This document shows, piece by piece, positions 41,916-54,245 of a stretch of DNA of 64,000 nucleotides. Source of the DNA: Octopus vulgaris (lineage: Eukaryota); assembly GCA_951406725.2 (NCBI GenBank), contig OX597841.1, positions 26,846,001 to 26,910,000 of the forward strand, read 5' to 3'. Within the stretch, counting starts at the first letter, position 1. Each line of letters begins with the position of its first letter. A program made the position numbers and the translations under genes. A model generated the notes under the pieces. It was not told the origin of the DNA and ran no database searches. It saw only the letters and a list, made by a program, of their open reading frames with translations.

Positions 41916-42504
41916 TAATAATGATAATATCATTGATTTTGTACAAGCGATCAATTTATCCCATTTCCGGCGAGACATGGAATTGATCTCATGCCCTCCC
42001 CCTCCACCAATTGTCTTTCTTTACTTCCCTCCCCATTTCTCGGTCTCAATTTTGCTTTACGTTCCCCTCTCGTATCTGCACCGTTTGATGCAGACTTAAC
42101 AACACATGCACAGAAATATACAAAAAACTGCATAGACACAATGTGTATATATATACATGTATATATATGTTATTGTGTGTGTGTGTGTGTTTGTGTTTTG
42201 TGTCAAGGTCGCAATGTAACCAGACGTCGGAAACGTTTATTTATTTTATCTCTTTTTCTCGTACGGCTCTTAATCATTTTACTTTGCTTTGATAATGAGT
42301 TTGACGCCAAGAGTTAAGCATCTATTCTTTTCATTTGACGTATAATGTACGTTTGTAAACGTTTCTGAGTATCTATGTATGTATGTAGATAGCTAGATAT
42401 AGGTACGCTTGTATAATGTATATAAATGTCTACGTATAATTTGTTAACAGATTTCTATTCTGTGACTATATTTTTCTCCCGCATATATATTTTTCACACA
42501 CACA

Positions 42505-42689
42505 TACGACGGGCTTCTTTCAGTTTCCGTCTACCAAATCCACTCAGAAGGCTTTGTTCGGCCTGAGGCTATAGTAGAAGACACTTGTCCATGGTGCCAC
42601 GCAGTAGGACTGAACCCGGAACTTGCTTCCCAACACACAATCACTCCGGCGCCTATATACATGCATACATACATACATACATACATACA

Positions 42690-42725
<36 letters not shown>

Positions 42726-43110
42726 TCTCCTTTTTTCTGTGTACCTTTCTGTAGAAGAGCGTAGGCTCGAAACATAAAAGACTTTTTCTATTCCTGAGCG
42801 TTGTACTAATACATCTGTTTGGTTTGTACACCACCTGTCTTCGTCTTTTGTTTTTTTTTGTAAACTTTCCCTATATATATATATATATATATATATGATA
42901 ATGCGTGTGTGTATCTATGTGTGAGGTTGTGTCTGTTTGTCCCCACCACCATCGCTTGGCAACCGTTCTTTGTCTGTTTACGTCCCACGTAACTTAGCGG
43001 TTCGGTAAAAGAGAAATATAGGATAAGAACTAGACTTATAAAAGTTATGTCCTGGGATCGATTTGTTCGACCAAAATCCACTTTGAGGCGGTGCTCCAGC
43101 GTGGCCACAT
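42505..43110. mobile_element. SINE family A halves in opposite orientations (5' half minus 42505-42654; 3' half plus 42927-43110) around a pLTR-like insertion
   Basis: Direct homology to family A halves. Confidence 0.75.
42726..42872 (+). mobile_element. GAGC-GTAG-GCTC family copy (motif 42745-42780)
   Basis: CTTT-CTGTAGA-A-GAGC-GTAG-GCTC-GAAAC-ATA-AAAG with the family tail. TA-flanked. Confidence 0.85.
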
Positions 43111-43644
43111 GAAACGGCTCACAGAATAACTGACTAATTTATGGACATCCTTGTTTATAAACAATATCACACGAAATACATATATTATGCACACACACAC
43201 ACACACGCACACACACACACACACACACATACACAAACACACACACACACACACACATGGAAATACACACATACACACACAGGCACGCACGCATATTTAT
43301 GACGTGTGAAACGTTGACCCCAATCCGTTGTCGTATTCAGTTACACCCCGTTATCCCGAGGTGAACTTAGGCATTCCCTTTGGTCTTACCGCTAAACCTG
43401 GTGGCCTTGTGCCAATGGGAATGATACCATAATGTCTACATGCCTATGCACAAATACACATGAGTGCATATACACGCGTGTATAACTATCATATATATAC
43501 GTGTATAGGTATTAGATATATATGTATATATACACACATGTATGCATGTATATATATATATGTATGTATGTATATATGTATGAATGTATATATGTATACA
43601 TATATGTATGTATATATGTATATATATATATATATGTGTGTATA

Positions 43645-43698
<54 letters not shown>

Positions 43699-43924
43699 TG
43701 CAAGTATTTTGTTTACGAATGTATTTGGTTTAATCTCATATTGGAAACATTTTCTAATTATTCTTCACATCTTCTTCTGTTTCACGTTACATATGTATGT
43801 GTATATATGTGTGTATATATGTGTGTGTGTGTGTGTGTTTGTGTATACACTCAAACATAAACAAAACATACATATATGCAAATATAGTTATTATGCATGG
43901 GCATATAAATACATTTACTTATTG

Positions 43925-43968
<44 letters not shown>

Positions 43969-43989
43969 TATCACAGCACACACAAACAC

Positions 43990-44027
<38 letters not shown>

Positions 44028-44262
44028 ATCCACATATATACATATAAACTGATGTATCCATTATTTATGCTGACATATGAGCATATTTACAAGTCTGTGT
44101 ATGTGTGTATATATATGTATATGTGTGTATATGTACATATATATATATATATGTACATATATATATATGAGTATATATATATATATACGTATATATATAT
44201 ACACATATATATATATGAGTATGTGTGTATATATATATGTGTGTGTATATATATACACATAT

Positions 44263-44307
<45 letters not shown>

Positions 44308-44430
44308 TATATGTGTGTGTGTGTATGTCTATGTATGTAACTTTTCACCACACACACACATATATATATATATATATACTTGAATACGTATCTATATATA
44401 TATATATATATGTGCGTGTGTATATGTTTG

Positions 44431-44465
<35 letters not shown>

Positions 44466-44646
44466 CTCTATGTTTGTTTGTGTGCGTGTATAGAGTTATA
44501 CATCCATTGCCTGCTCCGTGACTCATACTCCGCCTTCTTCAGCTTATTTTCTATTTTACCTTTTTCCGAAAGTTCATTGTCGTATTCGTATTTTCACTAT
44601 GTTTACGTTGATGTTTTTTTTTTCCTTTGTTTTTCTTTATACTTTT

Positions 44647-44698
<52 letters not shown>

Positions 44699-45088
44699 CC
44701 ACACGGTCAAAATTATGTTCCCACATATATTCATTTTTGACCTGACATCCACGTACATATTCCAACATTCTCAAACACACACACACACGTACACGTGCTT
44801 AAACGCCCACATACACACACACATACATCCATACATATATATATATATATATATATATACATACATACATACACGCAGTAATTTAATCATTAACCGTACC
44901 GCCAGCCCTGCCCCACCACCACACACGGACGCGCACATACACGCGTACACATGCACGCATACATATACACGCTCACATATAACCACCAATACAAGTACTT
45001 ACGGACACATGCAATTAGATATACGGCACAATTTACACGCATATATATATATATATATATATATACATACACACACAGATATATATAT

Positions 45089-45121
<33 letters not shown>

Positions 45122-45792
45122 CACACACACATATATATATACACATATATATATATACACACATATATATACACATATATATATATATATACACATATAT
45201 ATATATACACATATATATATACACACACATATATATACACATATATACACACACATATATATACACACACATATATATATATATACACACATATATATAC
45301 ACATATATATATATACACATATATATATATATATACACATATATATATACACACACATATATATACACATATATACACACATATATATATACACACACAT
45401 ATATATACACATATATACACACATATATATATACACACACATATATATATACACATATATATATACACATATATACACACATATATATACACACACACAC
45501 ACATATATATATATATACATACACACACACATATATATATAGAGAGAGAGGGGGGCAGAGGGGGCATCTATACACACTGACCCACTGACATACATTGGCG
45601 TAGACTTGTTTGTGCCCACATTAATACACGCAAACTTTTATGGGTCATACACTCATATCCACGTTCAGAATTGCGCGTATGCATACATACATACATACAC
45701 GCATATGCATTCGCGCATACATATAAGTGTGTATTATTTATGCATATAATGCCCGTGCTACGTGTATCTGTCTCATCTATATGTCCTTCTGC

Positions 45793-45864
<72 letters not shown>

Positions 45865-45865
45865 G

Positions 45866-45931
<66 letters not shown>

Positions 45932-45971
45932 CTTCTATGTGTATGTATTCCTGTCTGTTTCTCTGTTTCTC

Positions 45972-46071
45972 NNNNNNNNNNNNNNNNNNNNNNNNNNNNN
46001 NNNNNNNNNNNNNNNNNNNNNNNNNNNNNNNNNNNNNNNNNNNNNNNNNNNNNNNNNNNNNNNNNNNNNNN
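45972..46071. other. Assembly gap (100 N)
   Basis: Run of exactly 100 N; contiguity across it is not guaranteed. Confidence 0.99.
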
Positions 46072-46597
46072 ACAAACTGCAGGAGTCTGCGTTATCGCCA
46101 TAAACACCATCACCATCACCATCACCACCACCAAGAAGAACAAGAAGAAGAAGAACAACAACAGCAGCGTCATCACCGCAAACATTATCAACGCCATCAC
46201 CACCATCATCATCATCACCACCACCACAATCATCATCACCATGATGAAGTCAACCAAGTTCATCGTCATAATCATCATCATCATCACCATCATCATCACT
46301 GCCACCATCCCCATCATTACTGCCACTACCCCCATCATCACTGCCACCACCACCATCACCACCACCACCATCATCACCACCATCATTACTGCCACCACCA
46401 CCACCACCATCATCATCACCATCACCATCACCATCACCATCATCATTATCATCATCATCATCATCACCACCACCACCATCATCATCATCACCATGATGAA
46501 ATCAACCAGGTTCCTCGTCATAATCATCATTATCATAATCATCATAATCATCATCATCATCAGCCCCACAACCGTTATCATCACCATGAGGAAGTCT

Positions 46598-46629
<32 letters not shown>

Positions 46630-46781
46630 GAGCATCTCTTCATCATCATCATCATCATCATCGTGAAGAACAATAACAGGAGAATACATCCCGCACCGAA
46701 GCTGTACAGCAGGCAATAGTTACACCGTAAAGAGGACAGTTATTTTGGTGTAACAGGTATTAAATATACGTACACACGCAG

Positions 46782-46828
<47 letters not shown>

Positions 46829-47106
46829 TATGTATATATATATGTGCAGAGCGTTAAAGTACTGATGTGTGTAGGTTCTTTCTGTGTGTGTGTATTTCTG
46901 CAGCGATGTATACATATTTATGTACAGAGAGAAAGAGGGGAAAAAGACTCATATATATATATATATATATAAATGCATACATACACACACAAGTTCACAC
47001 ACGCACGCACACACACACACACAAAAAGTATCGCCCATACACACACACAAATACGCGTGCACACTATATATACATACATACATACATACATACGTGCATA
47101 TATATG

Positions 47107-47144
<38 letters not shown>

Positions 47145-47337
47145 TATATATACATACATGCATGCATACATATATACTTATATACATATATATGTGTATA
47201 TATGTGAGCGTGTGTGTGTGTGGTTGTAAATGTGAAATTATTTATTTCATGTGTTTGTAAATATATGATAATAAATATACGCACAAACATATATACACGT
47301 ATATATGTAAGTAGATATACACACATACATAACATAT

Positions 47338-47522
47338 ATCCAAAAACGAAGAACAACAAACACAAAATATAAACACAACGCGAGGACGTGGTACTTGTAA
47401 AGTATTAGCAAACGCTCAGGGAAGGAAAGAAGGATGGTTTAATGTTTCGAGCAAACGCTCTTCTTCGGAAACTGAGGAAAGTCTAACAGAAAGCAAGACG
47501 GAGACAGAAAATCGCCAACGTT
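47338..47522 (-). mobile_element. GAGC-TCC-GCTC-related family copy (motif 47437-47472)
   Basis: Reverse complement GTTT-CCGAAGA-A-GAGC-GTTT-GCTC-GAAAC-ATT-AAAC. Flanks homologous to 12518-12710. Confidence 0.75.
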
Positions 47523-47525
47523 ACA

Positions 47526-47586
<61 letters not shown>

Positions 47587-47879
47587 ATAATGATATATTA
47601 TCAAACATTTACGTATATACGTAAGTTATATATAAAATACGAACATTTTGAAATACGTCATCATCTTCATAATGGTTTTAACTTTTTTATAGATCGGACG
47701 GAATATGATGAGGCAGAGTTTCTTCCCTCGGATGTCATTCCTCTCACCAACTCTCAACCATTTGCAAGAGTGGTAATATTTCTCTAATGACCAGTTATAT
47801 TTTTACGGAAGATTACGAATAAAGGTCACCGCTTGAGAAGCGGTAACAAAGAATTTTTGCATAGAGCGCTAAACAACGA

Positions 47880-47920
<41 letters not shown>

Positions 47921-47924
<4 letters not shown>

Positions 47925-48075
47925 GAAACACATAAAGAAGGAGAGAAAAAAAATGCGTGCAGTAACTAACGAACCAACATGGCGATCTGATTTCGGCCAG
48001 AAGTCAAAGATCAAACATGAGACGCGAGAGCGAAATTAGGGGTGATAATAAGGTTGAGTGACCAGCTCCAACATG

Positions 48076-48111
<36 letters not shown>

Positions 48112-48324
48112 AGAGAGTATTAGTGCGTATGAAGGTCTGGACGTGTGTGTATGTATAGGGTTGGTGTATGTATTATATGTATTAGTATGTATATGGGTGT
48201 GTGTGTGTGTGTGTGTATGAGAGAGTATTAGTGCGTATGAGAGGTCTGGACGTGTGTATGTATAGGGTTGGTGTATGTATTACCTGCCTTCGTCTTTTGT
48301 CTATTTTCATAAAGCTTCCCGTTA
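47921..48324 (-). mobile_element. 5' portion of the long pLTR-like family, with an inverted 3'-end cap (48282-48324)
   Basis: Homologous to 32775-33015 in reverse. 48282-48324 (ACCTGCCTTCGTCTTTTGT..AAAGCTTCCCGTTA) is the family 3' end in the opposite orientation. Confidence 0.75.
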
Positions 48325-48521
48325 TATATACAATTCGTTGTTTTGCGCTCTATGCAGAAAATTCTTTGTTACCGCTTCTCAAGCGGTGACCTTTATTCGT
48401 AATCTTCCGTAAAAATATAACTGGTCATTAGAGAAATATTACCACTCTTGCAAATGGTTGAGAGTTGGTGAGAGGAATGACATCCGAGGGAAGAAACTCT
48501 GCCTCATATATATATATATAT

Positions 48522-48571
<50 letters not shown>

Positions 48572-48934
48572 TGAGAGAAAGAGACAGTGAGAGCATTATA
48601 CTGTTACCTGTTCACTCCAATATTTAATGATTACAAGTCTCTGACGATTGGGCAGGGTTCAGAAATTGCGTAATATTAAAATGTTTATTACGTAACAAAT
48701 AACCACCTTATGTTAAGGAAACCTACGTAAGATGATGTAATTAAATATCTTGTAAATAACCTGTCTTGTTTGGCTTTGTTTTCTAATATAAACATGAGTG
48801 TGAGTGTGTGAATGTATGTATGAATGGTTGTGTGTATGTATGAGTGTATATATGCGTAAGAGAGTGAGAGATTATTTATGCGTAAATATATATACATACA
48901 AACACACATACGGATATATATATATATATATATA

Positions 48935-49285
48935 CACCTCAGTCAGTTGAGGGATTCCACTACCTCATATGTTCTTAAAATTTAAATCCACATCTTTGTC
49001 TATATATATCCTTCTCTATAATGTTGCCACTTGATTTGAAAATTTTTGTATTAATGGAAAACCTCTATAATTGGCTGATGAGTACTCTACATCTTAAATC
49101 TGTTGTAATACTTACAATATTTAATAAAATGATGTAGTGCGAAACGATCGTACCAAATTACCGGAGTCATTCTTGTTGCTTATTCTGATTATAATCACCC
49201 CACGGATTTTTATGGTTAACACCATACAAGATTCTGGTGCATCTAAATTATGTACCATATTCATTTGAATCTAAATTTTTGCTGA

Positions 49286-49289
<4 letters not shown>
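48935..49289 (+). mobile_element. About 350-bp non-coding hammerhead-bearing element between (TA)n tracts
   Basis: Complex AT-rich segment bounded by (TA)n on both sides, with a central canonical hammerhead. Confidence 0.65.
49071..49156 (+). ncRNA. Canonical type-I hammerhead ribozyme with long stem II
   Basis: TTGG-CTGATGA-GTAC-TC-TACATC...GATGTA-GTGC-GAAAC-GATC-GTA-CCAA. Stem I TTGG/CCAA, stem II GTAC/GTGC plus TACATC/GATGTA, palindromic stem III ACGATCGT, GUA cleavage after 49152. Confidence 0.9.
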
Positions 49290-49347
<58 letters not shown>

Positions 49348-49450
49348 TTGGTTATATGCAAAATATGTATACATAGATATTATTCACATATGTATGTATA
49401 TGTTTATATAGTTGTGCATGTATATAAATTCATACATACACGCATGCATG

Positions 49451-49509
<59 letters not shown>

Positions 49510-49672
49510 GGAACAAAAACGCAATAGAGGGCATTAAAACGTTCGGACAGACAGACGATACAAGGCGGACAGGAGAAACAACAATTAGAGGGACAGGCAA
49601 AAAAAGACGGGTCGTTTGTGGATTTCTTTCATCAGTCAAGTACCAAAAGTCACAACCATTTCGGACATGTAC

Positions 49673-49716
<44 letters not shown>

Positions 49717-50062
49717 ATGTATGGATGTATATATGTATGCATATACATACATACATACATATCCACCTCAGCATACCCGTTTACCTTTCATATGTACCCT
49801 TACGGTATATTACTGATGTTGTTGCTATTTTTTGCTGCTCTGCCAGACAGAGCATCATCATCATCACCAGTAGCAGCAGCAGTTTTGGTATTTGTTGTTG
49901 CTGCTGTAATTGCTGAACTCATTGTTGTTCCGATTCTGTTCTACTGATGCTAGCGATGCTAGGTCGACTGTATAGGCTGTTGTACATGGAGTGGTGTTTA
50001 GGTTTCTGGCAGTTGGTGGCTGATGGCTGTTGCTGTGGTTTCGGCAACGGTTGTGGTGTGTG

Positions 50063-50141
<79 letters not shown>

Positions 50142-50399
50142 AGGTAGTGTCAGAGCACACCTCCAATGCATTTAACTCCTCCCACCACACGCACTGCTAC
50201 CAACGCCATCAACATGAACTACGAGGACTTCTACATGGTAGCTAGACAAGCTAGAAATAGCAGCCAAATCTCCATCAAACCACCCCTTACTGTCTTATGT
50301 ACGTAGACATGTGTGTATGTGCCCATGAAGGAGACCTCTGTGTAGTAGATAGGTTTGTTAGAAATAGCAACCTAATACCCCTCAAATCACACGTTACAG

Positions 50400-50442
<43 letters not shown>

Positions 50443-50558
50443 GAGATAACACCACTATTAGGCAAATCAAACAGTCAAAAGCATAAACCAATAATTTTTT
50501 TCTATGTATTGGTTTATGACTTTTACTTTAATTTGCCTAGTAGTGGTTTTATCTCTAA

Positions 50559-50820
50559 TCTATATATATAAAACTGTAGTTGTGTGAGTGTCTGTCCCCT
50601 TCGATTTAGATTCCTAACTACTCCCACATTTTGCGGTGCAGTTTAACCAAAAGTGGGTATCTTATAGTCGTGATTCATATCGAGCCCTTCTGGGTATTAG
50701 CGCGCGTCTACGATGAGTCTACGATATAAAAAAAAATTTACCATCAATTTTCCCATTTTAATGCATTTTTGGCATATATAAGGGAAGTAACTCTCTAAAA
50801 ATTTATTATTAAATCTCAGC
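50559..50820 (+). mobile_element. Probable Helitron 5' portion (second family)
   Basis: A^TCTATATATATAAAACTGTAGTTGTGTG start resembles the 5' end of the 60489 Helitron. No CTAG/hairpin end identified. Confidence 0.5.
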
Positions 50821-51213
50821 ATATGCCCCTCTCGGATTCGATCAGGATTAGGGTTATTTCAGCGGGCCTTCTGTTTTTTTTTTAAACCCTGTAAAAAGGC
50901 CTTTTGTGATACTCGAAAATCCAGGAACTTTTTAGCAGTCACTCGTATATTTTCTCTATGTAGATAGGCACGTATGAGCCAACGAGGGAGACCTATAGAT
51001 GGTAACTATATATGCAAGAAATAGCGGCCGAATCTCCCTCAATTCACACCCTACTGTGTTGTGTATCTAGGTATGCATGTATGTGTGAGCCAGTAAGAGA
51101 AACTTTTACATCGTGGCTAGAACTGTTGGAAATAGCAGTCAATTCTCCCTTAAATTACATCCTAGCCAATGAGGAAGGCCCTTACTTGGGAACCAGAGAA
51201 GTTAGAAACGTGT

Positions 51214-51268
<55 letters not shown>

Positions 51269-51278
51269 ATGTATATAT

Positions 51279-51685
51279 AGGCGCAGGCGTGGCTGTGTGG
51301 TAAGAAGCTTGCTTACCAACCACATGGTTCCGGGTTCAGTCCCACTGCGTGGCACCTTGGGTAAGTGTCTTCTACTATAGCCTCGGGCCGACCAAAGCCT
51401 TGTGAGTGGATTTGGTAAACGGAAACGGAAAAAAAAACTCGTTGTATATATGTATATATATATATATTTATATGTGTATGTATGTGCGTGTATATATTTC
51501 TGTGTCTGTGTTTGTCCCCTCTAACATCGCTTTACAGCCGATGCTGATGTGTTTACAGCCCCGTAACTTAGCGAATCGACCAAAGAATCCGATAGTATAG
51601 GTACTAGGCTTACAAAGAACCAGTGCTGGGAAGTTCGATGCCCCAGCATGGCCGTAGTCTAATGACTGAAACAGTTGGAATAAAA
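51279..51685 (+). mobile_element. SINE family A, full length
   Basis: Colinear with 28061-28450. Confidence 0.85.
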
Positions 51686-51729
51686 AAAAAGAGAAGATAT
51701 ATATTTTCTTTTTATTATTTGTTCCATGG

Positions 51730-52101
51730 CTCTCCGTCGGTTACGACGAGGGTTCCAGTTGATACGATCAACGGAACAGCCTGCTCGTGAAATTAACGTG
51801 GAAGTGGCTGAGCACTCCACAGATACCTGTACCCTTAACGTAGTTCTCGGGGGGAAGATTCAGCATGACACAGAGTGTGACGAGGCTGGCCCTTTTAAAA
51901 TACAGGTACCACAGAAACAGGGTGAAAGAATGAGAAAAAGCTGTGGTGAAAGAGTACAGCAGAGTTCGCCGCTACCTCCTGCCGGAGCCTTGTGGAGCGT
52001 TAAGAGTTTTCGCTCAATAAACGCTCACAACGCCCGGTCTGGGAATCGAAACGGCGATCCCACTACCGTGAGTCCATTGCCCTAACCACTGGGTCATTGT
52101 G

Positions 52102-52104
<3 letters not shown>
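51730..52104 (-). mobile_element. SINE family B, full length
   Basis: Reverse complement of 61363-61741. Confidence 0.85.
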
Positions 52105-52145
<41 letters not shown>

Positions 52146-52346
52146 AATACGAAAATGGGACAAGAACGCAACAAGCAACAACAAAACATCCAGACAGATG
52201 ATACAAAAAGAGACAAGAAAAGATAAGGACGGGTCATTCGGAATTTTTTTAATCGTCAGTCGAGTTCCAGATCATCTTTGCAGTTTCGGCCGATTATACA
52301 TACATACATAAACACACACACACATATATATATACATACATACACC

Positions 52347-52510
52347 ACGGGCTTGTTTTAGTTTCCGTCTACCAAATCCACTCGCAAGGTTTTGATCGGC
52401 CCGAGGCTATAGTAGAAGACACTTGCCCAAGGTGCCATTGAGTGGGACTGAACCCGGATCCATGTCGTTGGCAAGCAAGCTACTTGGGGACCACACAGCC
52501 ACTCCTGCGA
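52347..52510 (-). mobile_element. SINE family A, 5' half
   Basis: Homology to the family A head. Confidence 0.8.
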
Positions 52511-52538
52511 CTATAGTCACTCCTGATATATATATATA

Positions 52539-53793
52539 TTTGGTTTGTGTATAATTATTGCGGTGTTTTTTTTTTCAATAAATTTTATTCATCAAAAATA
52601 ATAACAACATTTAACAAAAACATCTTTAAATAATTATTCCGGAGCATATTCACCATCTACTTCAATTACTGCTTCCCATTTGCTTGGAAGACGGTCAGAC
52701 CGTCGTTTAAAGATGATTTTATTAAATATTGTTGTTATTTTTGTTGAATAAAATTTAGGATCTTTTCGGTTTGAACGGCAGTTTTTAACATAATTTCTAG
52801 GTAACTAAAACATTTTAAACTTCGTATACTGGTAGAATATGTTTATAAAACATCTTTTTCTCCTGGTTTTATTGAGAAAATTCTATAGTTTGTAAGATAT
52901 TTGTTGTTTTTTTTCTTCAATTTCTGCAACTTCACTCAATCACTGACGTCTATTGAGGTGAAAACATTCTGTGCCGTATGAATATGTCCCTCGTTTAAGA
53001 AACAGATTGGGTTTAGGATCTTTTCTGTTTGAACGGCAGTTTTAACATAATTTCTAGGTAACTAAAAAATTTTAAACTTCGTATACTGGTAGAATATGTT
53101 TATAAAACATCTTTTTCTCTTGGCTTTATTGAGAAAATTCTATAGTTTGTAAGATATTTGTTGTTTTTTCTTCAATTTCTGCAATTTCAACCAATCAGTG
53201 ACGTCTATTGAGTTAAAAAGCATTCTGTGCCGTATGAATATGTCCCTCGTTTAAGAAACAGATTGGGTTTATTTACATTTGTGAAGATAAAAGATACCCT
53301 TCCCCTAACCCGAACTTTTACTAACCCTAACCCTAAAACAGATTGAAATGCAATAGATCGATTCTAGGGTCATAATTATGGGTGACAATTTCATATGACA
53401 CAGCTAGAAAAAACTGCTGTTCAAACCGAAAAGATCCGATTCTTTTTTTGTAACATAGGCGCAGGAGTGGCTGTGTGGTAAGTAGCTTGCTAACCAGCCA
53501 CATGGTTTAGGGTTCAGTCCCACTGCGTGGCATCTTGGGCAAGTGTCTTCTGCTATAGCCCCGGGCCGACCAATGCCTTGTTAGTGGATTTGGTAGACGG
53601 AAACTGAAAGAAGCCTGTCGTATATACTAACCCTAACCCTAAAACAGATTGAAATGCAATAGATCGATACTAGGGTCATAATTATGGGTGACAATTTCAT
53701 ATGACACGGCTAGAAAAAACTGCCGTTCAAACCGAAAAGATCCAAAATTTATTGAAAAAAAAAAAGCCGCAGTAATTATGCACCAACCTTTAA
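52539..53793 (-). mobile_element. Mariner-derived MITE (third copy) interrupted by a GG-TIR element
   Basis: Left part 52539-52757 and right part 53744-53793 reconstitute the MITE in reverse orientation. Confidence 0.85.
52758..53743. mobile_element. Non-autonomous DNA transposon with GG...CC TIRs and 8-bp TSD (Merlin-like), containing a second copy of itself (53016-53437) and a SINE A head (53457-53620)
   Basis: TIR GGATCTTTTCGGTTTGAACGGCAGTTTTT / AAAAACTGCCGTTCAAACCGAAAAGATCC. TSD AAAATTTA at 52750-52757 and 53744-53751. Internal (TAACCC)n. Confidence 0.85.
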
Positions 53794-53917
53794 TACACAC
53801 ACACACACACACGGTATGGCGTACATACCATCCTTACAACCGAAGAGAAAGTATTTCTGCTAAAAACCAGGCATTTCTACTTTAAAGCGCTCAATTTAAT
53901 GTTTACAAGCTGAACTT

Positions 53918-54245
53918 CAAAGACTCCGCCGGTTACGACGACGAGGGTCCCAACTGATACGATCAACGGAACAGCTTGCTCGTGAAATTAACGTGCAAAT
54001 GGCTGAGCATTCCACAGACACGCGTACCCTTAACGTAGTTCTCGGGGGATTATTCAGCGTGACACAGAGAGTGACAAGGCTGGCCCTTTGAAATACAAGT
54101 ACAACTCATTTTTGCCAGCTGAGTGGACTGGAGCAACGTGAAATAAAGTGTCTTGCTCAAGGACACAACGCGTCGCCGGGAATCGAACTCACAACCTTAC
54201 GATCATGAGCCGAATGCCCTAACCACTAAGCCACGCGCCCTCACA
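53918..54245 (-). mobile_element. tRNA/CORE-like SINE family C with family-B 3' body; 13-bp TSD
   Basis: Head GGCGCGTGGCTTAGTGG...GAGTTCGATTCCC and CORE-like TGTGTCCTTGAGCAAGACACTT. TSD ACAAGCTGAACTT at 53905-53917 and 54246-54258. Confidence 0.9.

Noticed and set aside
53304-53645. Interstitial telomere (TAACCC)n
   Set aside because: Only 2-3 units, internal to the GG-TIR element.
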